Source of the DNA: an uncultured virus (IMG/VR IMGVR_UViG_3300028299_000004)
Lineage: Duplodnaviria; Heunggongvirae; Uroviricota; Caudoviricetes
Strand: one strand, 5' to 3'
DNA length: 64,000 nt
IMG/VR virus record: IMGVR_UViG_3300028299_000004
The translations under genes and the position numbers were made by a program. Positions 41,841-51,080 of this stretch are shown here, piece by piece. The notes beneath the pieces were generated by a model. The model was given only the letters and a program-made list of their open reading frames with translations. It was not told where the DNA came from and did no database searches. Numbering within the stretch: the stretch's first letter is position 1; the number at the start of each line of letters is the position of its first letter.

Positions 41841-42259
41841 AAGATGTATTAGTGAGTTATTATCATTTTTTAAAAAGAGGTGATAATTTTCCAGAATTTA
41901 AAGAATGGATTTTTATGAACCCAAAAGAAATTGGAAATAAGTATGTTGATGAAAATCTAGATCCACATATTATATTAGAACCAAAAGATTACATTGACAG
42001 ATGGAAATTACATTATAATGGTTGGATAAAATATAAGAATAATTTATTAATAGTTGATTACGAAGATTTATTAAATGATTTTCCATTACAAAAAGAAAGA
42101 TTAGAAAATTATTTAGATAAGAAAGTATCAAATAAATTACCTGATAAAAACGATAAATTTTTACCAAATATAAAACCAAATAAAGGAATAATTGGGTGGC
42201 ATAAAGAATTTATGAATGAAGAATTAATTAAAAGAATTAATAAAAGAATTAATATGTGA
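41801..42259 (+). pseudogene. Sulfotransferase, N-terminally truncated
   Basis: Frame from 41801 reads [23 protein letters not shown] (3'-phosphate-binding motif), then W..H..GW, YEDL and KGIIG.HK. The 5'-PSB loop is absent and there is an in-frame TGA at 41786. Confidence 0.75.
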
Positions 42260-43418
42260 ATGCCCAACTATAAGCAGCACCTCCACCAGGACTTCTTCTT
42301 TTAACTGATCCACTAGATTGTATAAATAAAAAGGTATGATTACCACAAATTGCAACCGCCGAGCATTTATTTACAATACTATTATCACCAATACCCGCTT
42401 TATCATTATATCCCCACCCCCATCCTTTTCCAGCAGGGTCTATAAGAATAGCAGGATAAGGTTGATACCATGCTCTATAATGATATATAGAACAAAAAGT
42501 TTTGGTACCATATACAGCGACTGGTGTGCTTTGATCATCTAGATCACCTTGACCTAGTTGAGCTTCAGAACCCCTACCCCAAGACCAAAGGGCATCACTT
42601 TTATCTATTCCTACAATAGCATCTGTACCAACAGATATTTGAACAAATGTGTGATTACCACATACCGCGACAGGAGTACTTTGATGATTATACCAAGTTC
42701 CGTGACCTAAACAACCTCTTGTGTCGTTTCCCCACGTCCATCCCATTCCATGTATGTCTACCCCCATTGCCACTTTGTCACTAACGGAAATGAAAGAAAA
42801 TGTGTGATTACCACATACAGCGACTGGTGTTGATCTATCAGCTACTGTGTTATCTCCAAGTACACCATCAGAATTTGCTCCCCAACTCCACGCTAGTTCA
42901 TGATTATCAATCGCGACAGTATTCATTTGTGTTGAAAATCCAGCTTGGTTATAATTAACATGACAAAAAGTGTGATTACCACATACAGCGACTGGTGTAC
43001 ATTTATCCGCTGTTGAATTATTACCTATCTTACCTCTAGAACCATATCCCCAACCCCACATTTGACCATTATTATCCAATCCCATTGAAAATCTTTCTGC
43101 CATAATACAGGCTTGAATATATACAAAAGTGTGATTGCCACAAACTGCAACTGGTGTTGAATATCCAGTTTGATTATTACAGCCCAATTCACCTCTATTA
43201 TTCCAACCCCATGCCCACGCCATACCATTTTTATCTAATCCTATTGAGTGATTTAATCCTCTACTTATTTGTATGAATGTGTGATTACCACACACAGCGA
43301 CTGGTGTCGAACGATTTGTTCCACTTCTGTCTCCATTTACACCATAATCACCATTTCCCCAACACCAACCCATTTGATGATTATCAATTCTTGGAGTATA
43401 ATTATATACGTCAGCCAT
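42249..43418 (-). CDS. RCC1-like repeat beta-propeller protein
   Basis: Seven roughly 50-aa repeats of W.WG.N..G.LG......STPVAVCGNHTF. Confidence 0.85.
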   Translation of the reverse strand: MADVYNYTPRIDNHQMGWCWGNGDYGVNGDRSGTNRSTPVAVCGNHTFIQISRGLNHSIGLDKNGMAWAWGWNNRGELGCNNQTGYSTPVAVCGNHTFVYIQACIMAERFSMGLDNNGQMWGWGYGSRGKIGNNSTADKCTPVAVCGNHTFCHVNYNQAGFSTQMNTVAIDNHELAWSWGANSDGVLGDNTVADRSTPVAVCGNHTFSFISVSDKVAMGVDIHGMGWTWGNDTRGCLGHGTWYNHQSTPVAVCGNHTFVQISVGTDAIVGIDKSDALWSWGRGSEAQLGQGDLDDQSTPVAVYGTKTFCSIYHYRAWYQPYPAILIDPAGKGWGWGYNDKAGIGDNSIVNKCSAVAICGNHTFLFIQSSGSVKRRSPGGGAAYSWAFTY

Positions 43419-43472
43419 TTAGTAAACTTTTAATTTATTTTTCTTTATATATTAAAAAACAAGGTTTAAAAA

Positions 43473-45095
43473 ATGAAAAAATATTGTGTTTATACAGTTT
43501 CAATAGGAGAATATTATGATCATATAAAAAAAATAACTCATCCAATAATTAAAAAATACGCTGATAAAATTGGTGCTGATTTTATAGTAGAAGATAAACC
43601 AAATCCTAATTTCATAACTCAAAAATGGCAAAAATTTCAAATTTATAATTTTTTAAATAAATATGAAAGAGTATTATATTTAGATACTGATTTAATTATA
43701 AGAGATGATTGCCCAAATTTATTTGATATCGTTCCAGATGATAAACTTGGTATGTTTAATGAAGGAAAATATACATCAAGATTTGAATACATACAAGATG
43801 CGAGTAAAATATATGAAATAGAACTTTATAAATGGAATAATAAATTTTATAATTCGGGTGTGATGGTTATATCTAGAATCCATAAGCAACTATTCAAATT
43901 ACCACTCTTAACAGATACAATAGAAACTGATCAACCTTATATTAATTTAAAAATTGCTGTTGATAAAATAGAAATGTTCGATTTATCTTATAAATTTAAT
44001 AGAATGGACATATTAGATAAAGAAACTGGAATTCATAGATTTGATTCATATATTATTCATTATGCTGGCGCTCCACAAGATCAATTATTCCCAATTCTTC
44101 TCAATGATGTTCAAGAATTAAATAATACTTCCCCTTACTATGAAAAATATTCTAAACAAAAAATGGTAATTAAAGTTTCCGCTGGTATGGGTGATCAATT
44201 ATGTGCGGAACCAGTTATTAGATATATTAGAAATACATATTTTTCATCTGATAATATAGATATTACTGTAGTTTCCCATCATCCTAGGTTATTTGAACAT
44301 ATTAAAGGTATAACTTTAATGGATTATACTCAATATAAAGATATTAGAGGTGTATTAGAATTACATATGACACCAGATGACGAACATTCAACACATGGTA
44401 TGAGTCATGTTATGTTTCATCCAACAGATTTCGCGTCAATGAGTACTATTAAAATGACAATACCACTTAAAGATAAACCTATTAAATGTGTTGTACACCA
44501 AGAAGATATAGATGAATTAATTGATATAGTGGGTAATAAAGTGAAATTGGAAGATTTAATTGTTGTTCATCCAGGTCGTTGGTGGAATAGTAAGACATTT
44601 CCTAGTAAATGGTGGCAAGAAATTGTTGATGGTTTATCTAAGAGTGGTCATAAATTAGCAATAGTTGGAAAAACATTATCTTCAAAAATTGGAGAAGAAC
44701 AAGGTTATCAAAAAATAAAATGCCCTAAAGGTTCTTATGATTTTAGAGATTTAACATCTTTGGGTGGATTAATTGCTTTGATTGGAAAGGCGAAATGTAC
44801 ATTAACTAATGATAGTTCACCACTTCATATCGCGGGTGTGTTTAGAAATTGGATTGTTGTCATACCAACAGCTAAACACCCAGACCATATTTTACCATTT
44901 AGAGCTAATGATGAAGGACATATAGAACAATATTATAAATCAAAAGCACTTTATAAAAGATTAACTATAAAAGATTTGGATCTTTGTTGGTTATCTGAAG
45001 AACCAGATACTATTGATAAGGTAGTTGGTGATATTTTAAATTATATTCCAAAACCACAAGAAGTTATTGATGAAATTAATAATATTAAATTTTAA
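43473..45095 (+). CDS. GT8-like glycosyltransferase fused to a GT9-like domain
   Basis: YLDTDL, YNSGVM, DQ..IN, IHYAG; then GMGDQLC.EP, HPG..W.SK.FP, NDSSPLHIAG. Confidence 0.8.
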   Translation: MKKYCVYTVSIGEYYDHIKKITHPIIKKYADKIGADFIVEDKPNPNFITQKWQKFQIYNFLNKYERVLYLDTDLIIRDDCPNLFDIVPDDKLGMFNEGKYTSRFEYIQDASKIYEIELYKWNNKFYNSGVMVISRIHKQLFKLPLLTDTIETDQPYINLKIAVDKIEMFDLSYKFNRMDILDKETGIHRFDSYIIHYAGAPQDQLFPILLNDVQELNNTSPYYEKYSKQKMVIKVSAGMGDQLCAEPVIRYIRNTYFSSDNIDITVVSHHPRLFEHIKGITLMDYTQYKDIRGVLELHMTPDDEHSTHGMSHVMFHPTDFASMSTIKMTIPLKDKPIKCVVHQEDIDELIDIVGNKVKLEDLIVVHPGRWWNSKTFPSKWWQEIVDGLSKSGHKLAIVGKTLSSKIGEEQGYQKIKCPKGSYDFRDLTSLGGLIALIGKAKCTLTNDSSPLHIAGVFRNWIVVIPTAKHPDHILPFRANDEGHIEQYYKSKALYKRLTIKDLDLCWLSEEPDTIDKVVGDILNYIPKPQEVIDEINNIKF

Positions 45096-45139
45096 TAGTT
45101 CAGCGGTTTTTAATATATAGAAATAAAATATATTTAACA

Positions 45140-46006
45140 ATGGCTGATTCCAATATAACATTTGATAATTCTTTTAATTTCAATAATGTGTTTTTTAGAA
45201 TGTTACATATATCATTATCTAGAACATTAAATAAAAGAATAAGATGGATTAATTATTTCAAAGACGAAAAAAGATGTGTATCTGTTTCAATGTATCTAAA
45301 ACTACTAGGTTCGGAGAGATTTTTATTAGATTCTTTTTTAGATGATGTTACAGATATGAGAGTTGAATTAAACACTGATGTAATACCAAGAGGAATCATA
45401 ACACCAACAAGTTATAGTATAGTTAGTGATGAATTTTCTAATCCAAATATTTATATACCTAAGAATACAAAAATTCATGATATCTATACTAAAATAATAA
45501 CAAAGGTTCGTGCGATACCACTGAGTGTTGCGTATGATATTGAAATTCGGGTTGATAACGAATTAGATATATTCAAATGTTCTGAAAAAATAATGAATTT
45601 ATTTTTTAATTATTATTATTTTAATATGGATTATTTTGGAATAAAAATAGATAATGTACTAGAACTCCCAGATGATAGAACAATAAAATTTCCAGATGAG
45701 AATGATTTGGCTAGTGATACAGATAAAAGTATAACATTTTCTCTTAATGTTAGAACACACTATCCATCATGGCAAGTAGATACAGATGATGTAGAATGTG
45801 AAGATACTGAATTTGAGAATATCAAAAGAGTATATTGGAAATCATATATTCATGACATTGAAAAATTAGAAAATGAAACACTACCACAAAATCCAAATGA
45901 TAGAGAAGCTGAAGATTTTGGAAAAGAGGGTGATTTTTCAGTGGATAATCCAACATACACAAAATTAGATAGAGAAGACCCCGTTACTGGAATTACTTGG
46001 GGCTAA
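45140..46006 (+). CDS. Tail completion/sheath stabiliser (T4 gp15-like)
   Basis: IPRG...IPLSVAYDIEIRVD...D.FK..EKI..F pattern resembles gp15; late-type promoter upstream. Confidence 0.65.
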   Translation: MADSNITFDNSFNFNNVFFRMLHISLSRTLNKRIRWINYFKDEKRCVSVSMYLKLLGSERFLLDSFLDDVTDMRVELNTDVIPRGIITPTSYSIVSDEFSNPNIYIPKNTKIHDIYTKIITKVRAIPLSVAYDIEIRVDNELDIFKCSEKIMNLFFNYYYFNMDYFGIKIDNVLELPDDRTIKFPDENDLASDTDKSITFSLNVRTHYPSWQVDTDDVECEDTEFENIKRVYWKSYIHDIEKLENETLPQNPNDREAEDFGKEGDFSVDNPTYTKLDREDPVTGITWG

Positions 46007-46200
46007 CCATGAACTACAACGATTAAAGATGTAGTTGTTTTTCTACACAGCACGATTAAACCAATGTTTTACGTTATGTTACGACTAGATTGTTTAAGTT
46101 TAAGTTTTAAGATATCAGTGGTTGTGATATTAATTAATTAAAGTCATATTTAATCAAATTAATTAAAGATTTAGTTGTTTTCTTTGACTGACTCTATAAA
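46007..46200 (-). mobile_element. Non-autonomous IS200/IS605-like relic (PATE-like, both ends without ORFs)
   Basis: Direct repeat ATTAAAGAT(G/T)TAGTTGTTTT at 46022-46041 and 46162-46181. The minus-strand end ...ACAACTACATCTTTAATCGTTGTAGTTCAT resembles a tnpB-element right end. Confidence 0.45.
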
Positions 46201-46312
46201 AATAGTCAAAATAGAAAAAAATGAGTTTTAAGTATATATATATACATATATAATGAATTGTAATGATAATTTTTATTTTATGTAACATTGCAACAAAAAC
46301 AAAATAAAACCT

Positions 46313-47602
46313 ATGAAAAATCTAAAATTAGAACTTTTCAATTTTAAACAAAAACTTAGTTTTGATCAAACTGATATTTCTTTCATTACAGAAAGTATAC
46401 TAAACGAATTTGATTATTATTCAGAAAAAGAACTAAGAAAACTTTTAAATGAAAAATTTTTGAAATATACCTACGATACAGAGGTAAAGAAATTATTAGA
46501 ATCCGTTGACACAGAAATTGAATCGTATCCATTAGTATATGAATTGAAAGATTTATATAAACAAGTTGAAAGAACAAATCAAGGTATGATTTACCGTCAA
46601 CCTTTGAATGTTATTTTAGAAATCATCAATAAACCAACGGATGATACACGAATGGAATCAATTCTAAATGAATTGAAAATTTATGATTGGGTACCACAAA
46701 TTAAGAAATTTATTTATAATTTAACAAAGAGTCCAATTGAAAGACAAAATATGACCGATTCTGGTAAAGCCAACAAGATTTACACTATGGTTGAGAAAGT
46801 AAACGATGGTTATCTTGCTTATATCTCAGATAGGTGGTTTATACTTAATGAAAATGAAGTAAAACAAACTCTTATTGAAGATCATATTGAAGATGATGAT
46901 AGAATTAGAGAGTTAAGAATTGTTGAACAAGTTTTAAAACTCGCGGATATTGAAAATAATATAATTAATCTCAAAGTAGATGAAAATATTGTTTTAGGTA
47001 TTTCAACAAAAGATGATAAGAAAATTTATATCAATGGTGAAGAATTAGATTCAGAAACAACCTTAGAAAATATTTTCAATTCACCAATCATTCCTTATCT
47101 AAAGAAAGATTATTATTTATTAACAACCACAATCAAAGAGAATATAAAAAATATCGTAGAATTAGACGTAGCGATGAGAATTGATAATATCCTAAATCCA
47201 TATCTAGAAGCGTTCGCGTTTAATTACAAAGACAAAATCTATCTTTATAGCAAAGATCTTAGAACAGGTTCATCATTCTATCAATACGAATCAGTAAATG
47301 AACTTATCAATGATATCAGAAAAGAGTTAGACTATGATATTACTCCATTTTTTGAAAATAAACTTTCAAAAGAAATGAAGAAGTTGAGAACTTTAGAAGA
47401 TAAAGAAAAAGTTATTAAAATGAAGATAAAAGAAACCAATGAATCAATTGATCTTTTAAAAGAAGAACCAGAATTATTGGAATCTGATAAGAATGTTAAA
47501 TTAACATTTAATAATCTTTTACTTTACAAACACCAATTAAATTTAAAGTTGAATGAATTGAAAGATAAAAAAACTCAATTCAAGAAATCAATACTTAAGT
47601 AA
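46313..47602 (+). CDS. Hypothetical protein, probably structural
   Basis: Late-type promoter, own terminator, C-terminal coiled coil. Confidence 0.65.
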   Translation: MKNLKLELFNFKQKLSFDQTDISFITESILNEFDYYSEKELRKLLNEKFLKYTYDTEVKKLLESVDTEIESYPLVYELKDLYKQVERTNQGMIYRQPLNVILEIINKPTDDTRMESILNELKIYDWVPQIKKFIYNLTKSPIERQNMTDSGKANKIYTMVEKVNDGYLAYISDRWFILNENEVKQTLIEDHIEDDDRIRELRIVEQVLKLADIENNIINLKVDENIVLGISTKDDKKIYINGEELDSETTLENIFNSPIIPYLKKDYYLLTTTIKENIKNIVELDVAMRIDNILNPYLEAFAFNYKDKIYLYSKDLRTGSSFYQYESVNELINDIRKELDYDITPFFENKLSKEMKKLRTLEDKEKVIKMKIKETNESIDLLKEEPELLESDKNVKLTFNNLLLYKHQLNLKLNELKDKKTQFKKSILK

Positions 47603-47611
47603 ATAATTATT

Positions 47612-47657
47612 AAAAAACAGAAAAGGTGGTTAGTAAACCCACCTTTTCTGTTTTTTT
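47612..47657 (+). terminator. Rho-independent terminator
   Basis: AAAAAACAGAAAAGGTGG...CCACCTTTTCTGTTTTTT inverted repeat. Confidence 0.85.
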
Positions 47658-47784
47658 AAACTTTTAAACAAATTCTAATTATATAAATTATAATTTACTA
47701 TAACTTTCTTCTATTCTTAAATAGCAATTCTATCTTAAAATAAATATAGATTAAAAATTTCCAAAAAAGAAAAATTTTATTATA

Positions 47785-48159
47785 ATGGCAAATTATTTAA
47801 AAGACGATGAATTATATTATGAAATCGTATTGAGCAAAGGTCGAGGTAAGTTAACAAAGAAAGCGGAGAATATGTTGATATTGATTGGTAATAATGTTAT
47901 CAGAAAGAAAGAAAAAACATATAAAAATCCTAGTGATAAGGAGGATTGTTTGCATCAAGGATTTTTAATGATGTTTCAAAATTGGCAGAATTTTAATGAA
48001 AAAAGATACAAGAGTGCATTACCTTATTTTTCAGAAATTTTTAAACGAGCGATGGCGGGCGGATTAAAAGAAATTTATAATATAAAACCAAATAAAGATA
48101 GGGTAACATTTATAAGTCTAGATTCTAGCAATAATGGTCAGGGATTACATAACATATAA
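47785..48159 (+). CDS. Late-transcription sigma factor (T4 gp55-like)
   Basis: NYLKDDEL, DKEDC, NFNE.....ALPYFSEI..RA pattern. Confidence 0.75.
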   Translation: MANYLKDDELYYEIVLSKGRGKLTKKAENMLILIGNNVIRKKEKTYKNPSDKEDCLHQGFLMMFQNWQNFNEKRYKSALPYFSEIFKRAMAGGLKEIYNIKPNKDRVTFISLDSSNNGQGLHNI

Positions 48160-48197
48160 TTATGAGAGAAATATGTCAGGAAAAATATTAATTAAGT

Positions 48198-48910
48198 ATG
48201 GGTAAAGAATATAGAGAAAAAAATAAAGAAAAAATTAAAAAACGTAACGCTGAATACTATATTCGTAATAAAGAACGAATTGATAGGAGAAATAAAGAAT
48301 ATAATGAAAGAAATAAAGAAGATTTATTAATAAAGTCGAAAGAACATTATGAAAAAAATAAAGAAGATTTATTAGTAAAATCGAAAGAATATTATGAAAA
48401 AAATAAGGATAAAATTAAAAACCGACGAAAAAAATATTATGAAAAAAATAAAGAAGATTTATTAGTAAAATCGAAAGAATATTATGAAAAAAATAAGGAT
48501 AAACACTATGAATCTACAAAAATTTGGAGAGAAAAACACAGAAAAGAATTTTAGAGTATAGAAGACTAAAAACCAAAGAAGATAGGATAAATAGACCATA
48601 TTATTATGCTTGGAGGGATATGTTAAAAAGAACTTTTAAAAGAATAGGAAAAAAGAAAGAAGGCCATACTATTGATATATTGGGATATTCTTCGATAGAT
48701 TTGAAAAATCATATAGAAAATAGATTTCTTTCTGGGATGTGTTGGAGTAATTATGGTGAATGGGAAATAGATCATATAAAAGAAATTTGTACGTTCGATA
48801 ATAATACTTCACATAATGTAATTAATTCTCTTGATAATTTGCAACCACTGTGGAAATCTGATAATTTAAAAAAATGGTATAAACTAAGAGATAAAATAAA
48901 ACATGAGTAA
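48198..48910 (+). pseudogene. HNH endonuclease split by a -1 frameshift (48198..48554 and 48524..48910)
   Basis: KEYYEKNK repeats, then ILGYS..DLK.HIE..F..GM.WSNYGEWEIDHIK...NLQPLW..DN. The frame changes near 48545-48554. Confidence 0.7.
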
Positions 48911-49391
48911 GAACAAGCCAAATAGACAAGATATGTATTATCAAGGTCAATTTACACCTAAAATCCCAGAAAAATATCTAGGAGATGTTAGTGATATACA
49001 ATTCAGATCAAAGTGGGAATATAAATTTTGTTATTATTGTGACTATGAAGAGTCTGTTGAGAAATGGAGTTGTGAGACTATAGAAATCCCTTATAATTTT
49101 ATAGAAAATGAACAATATGTAACAAAAACATATATACCAGATTTTTGGGTTAAATTTAAAAATGGTGATGAGTTTATTATAGAAGTAAAACCATATAAAC
49201 AAATAGTGGAACCAATACCACCAAAAAATAGTTCAATTAAATCACTAGAGGGTTATGAATATAGATTAAGAGAATATTTAAAAAATATGTTAAAGTGGGA
49301 ATCTGCGGAAGAATATTGTAAGAGAAGAGGATTAACTTTTTATCTCTTAACTGAAAAATATTTTGAAGACAAACAAATAAAATTATTCTAA
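48903..49391 (+). CDS. Head completion nuclease (T4 gp4-like, TnsA-type)
   Basis: G.FTPK.PEKY.GD...I.FRS.WE, W..E...IPY, YIPDF, IEVKP..Q, KW..A. Confidence 0.88.
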   Translation: MSKNKPNRQDMYYQGQFTPKIPEKYLGDVSDIQFRSKWEYKFCYYCDYEESVEKWSCETIEIPYNFIENEQYVTKTYIPDFWVKFKNGDEFIIEVKPYKQIVEPIPPKNSSIKSLEGYEYRLREYLKNMLKWESAEEYCKRRGLTFYLLTEKYFEDKQIKLF

Positions 49392-50137
49392 TGGGAAAAT
49401 TTAAAGATTATTGTGGTTCATTATTCGGTCAGTATAGAGGAAATCTTGTAAAGATAATAACAGATTCAACAGATAGATTATTTGAATTAGTAAGAAAAAA
49501 TAATTTAGAAGTGTCATCTTCTAAAGATATAAAAAAAGGAAAATTTTATTTAATAAAATATTTGTATGGTGGAAATCCAATATGGTGTCCAATATTTGTT
49601 ATAGATGATAGATTCAATACAAAAACACAAAAAAGAATTTTATATTCCATAAATTTGGAATACTTACCATACCAATTCAAAATACTTTATTTTGATATTT
49701 TATTTGATGGTCATAAATCTATTATTGAATATAATAAGGAACAAAATGATCAGAATAGAGATGTTAATTATGAAAAATCATTTAATGTTGATTTTGAAAT
49801 TATACAAAAAAGTTTAAAACAATATGGATATGATTACGCGATAACCGCGTATAATTATATGAAGATAGATGGAATGGATGGTGGAAAACCAAAAATGTAT
49901 GGTATATCAACAAATTTTGCATCAAGGTTGATGTTTGTTGATACGAAAAAAGTTAATATAAAATCAATGAAAGATATGTCAATAATTGTTGAGAGTTATG
50001 ATATAAAAAATAAACTAGATGATATAGTAAGGATATTAGAAAATATAAAAGAAGATTTGGATCAAGATGATCAAAAACAATATTTTAAGAAATTGAAATT
50101 AATGGAGGATAAATATAAGTTATTTTCAGAACCTTAA
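49391..50137 (+). CDS. DNA end protector-like protein (T4 gp2-like)
   Basis: GKFY...Y, P.FVI and INLEYLP motifs; adjacent to the gp4-like gene. Confidence 0.5.
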   Translation: MGKFKDYCGSLFGQYRGNLVKIITDSTDRLFELVRKNNLEVSSSKDIKKGKFYLIKYLYGGNPIWCPIFVIDDRFNTKTQKRILYSINLEYLPYQFKILYFDILFDGHKSIIEYNKEQNDQNRDVNYEKSFNVDFEIIQKSLKQYGYDYAITAYNYMKIDGMDGGKPKMYGISTNFASRLMFVDTKKVNIKSMKDMSIIVESYDIKNKLDDIVRILENIKEDLDQDDQKQYFKKLKLMEDKYKLFSEP

Positions 50138-50156
50138 AATTTAATATATAAACCAC

Positions 50157-51071
50157 ATGAACTACAAAGATAGATATATAGAAAAATCAAGGAATATTCA
50201 CAACAATAAATATGATTATTCACTTGTTGATTATAAGACAGCTAAACTAAAAGTAAAAATTATTTGCCCAATTCATGGTGTGTTTGAACAAAATATGGAT
50301 AATCATTCAAATGGTCAAGGATGCCCAGTGTGTAAAAAATATAAATTAATAAAAAATAACTTATCAAATACTGTAAAATTTATAGAAAAATCAAGGAATA
50401 TTCACAACAATAAATATGATTATTCACTTGTTGATTATAAGACAGCTAAACTAAAAGTAAAAATTATTTGCCCAATTCATGGTGTGTTTGAACAAAAACC
50501 TAATAATAATTTAAGTGGGTTTGGATGTAGTAAATGTGTAATTGAATCTAAAATACTTGGAAATAATCAATTTATAGAAAAATCTAAAAAGATACATAGT
50601 GATAAGTATGATTATTCGTTAGTTAATTATAAAGATTCAAAATCAAAAATAAAAATTATTTGCCCAATTCATGGAGTGTTTGAACAAAAACCTAATAATC
50701 ATTTAAGTGGAAATGATTGTCCATTATGTTCAAATATAAAAAACAGAAAAAGAACAATAAATAGAATAAAAATTAATAAATTAAATGATAATCAATTATA
50801 TCCAAATTATAATAAAGAAGCTTGTTTATTATTTGATAAAATAAGTAAAGAAAATAGTGTATTTATACAACACGCTATGAATGGTGGAGAAATTTTTATA
50901 AAAGAATTGGGTTATTGGGTTGATGGTTATGATGAAAGAAATAACGTTGTTTATGAATATGATGAAAATCAACATTTTGATAAAAATGGAAAATTAAAAG
51001 GAAAAGATGTCATAAGACAAAAAGAAATAGAAAATTTATTGGAATGTGAGTTTGTAAGAATAAAAAAATAA
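50157..51071 (+). CDS. Putative homing endonuclease (three DUF723-like repeats plus PD-(D/E)XK-like nuclease)
   Basis: KYDYSLVDY..KIICPIHGVFEQ repeats; GGE....GYWVDGYD..NN.VYEYDE..H. Confidence 0.78.
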   Translation: MNYKDRYIEKSRNIHNNKYDYSLVDYKTAKLKVKIICPIHGVFEQNMDNHSNGQGCPVCKKYKLIKNNLSNTVKFIEKSRNIHNNKYDYSLVDYKTAKLKVKIICPIHGVFEQKPNNNLSGFGCSKCVIESKILGNNQFIEKSKKIHSDKYDYSLVNYKDSKSKIKIICPIHGVFEQKPNNHLSGNDCPLCSNIKNRKRTINRIKINKLNDNQLYPNYNKEACLLFDKISKENSVFIQHAMNGGEIFIKELGYWVDGYDERNNVVYEYDENQHFDKNGKLKGKDVIRQKEIENLLECEFVRIKK

Positions 51072-51080
51072 TAGAAATAA

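Noticed and set aside
42249..43418. Diversity-generating retroelement target
   Set aside because: No reverse transcriptase and no template/variable repeat pair with adenine-specific differences seen in this window.
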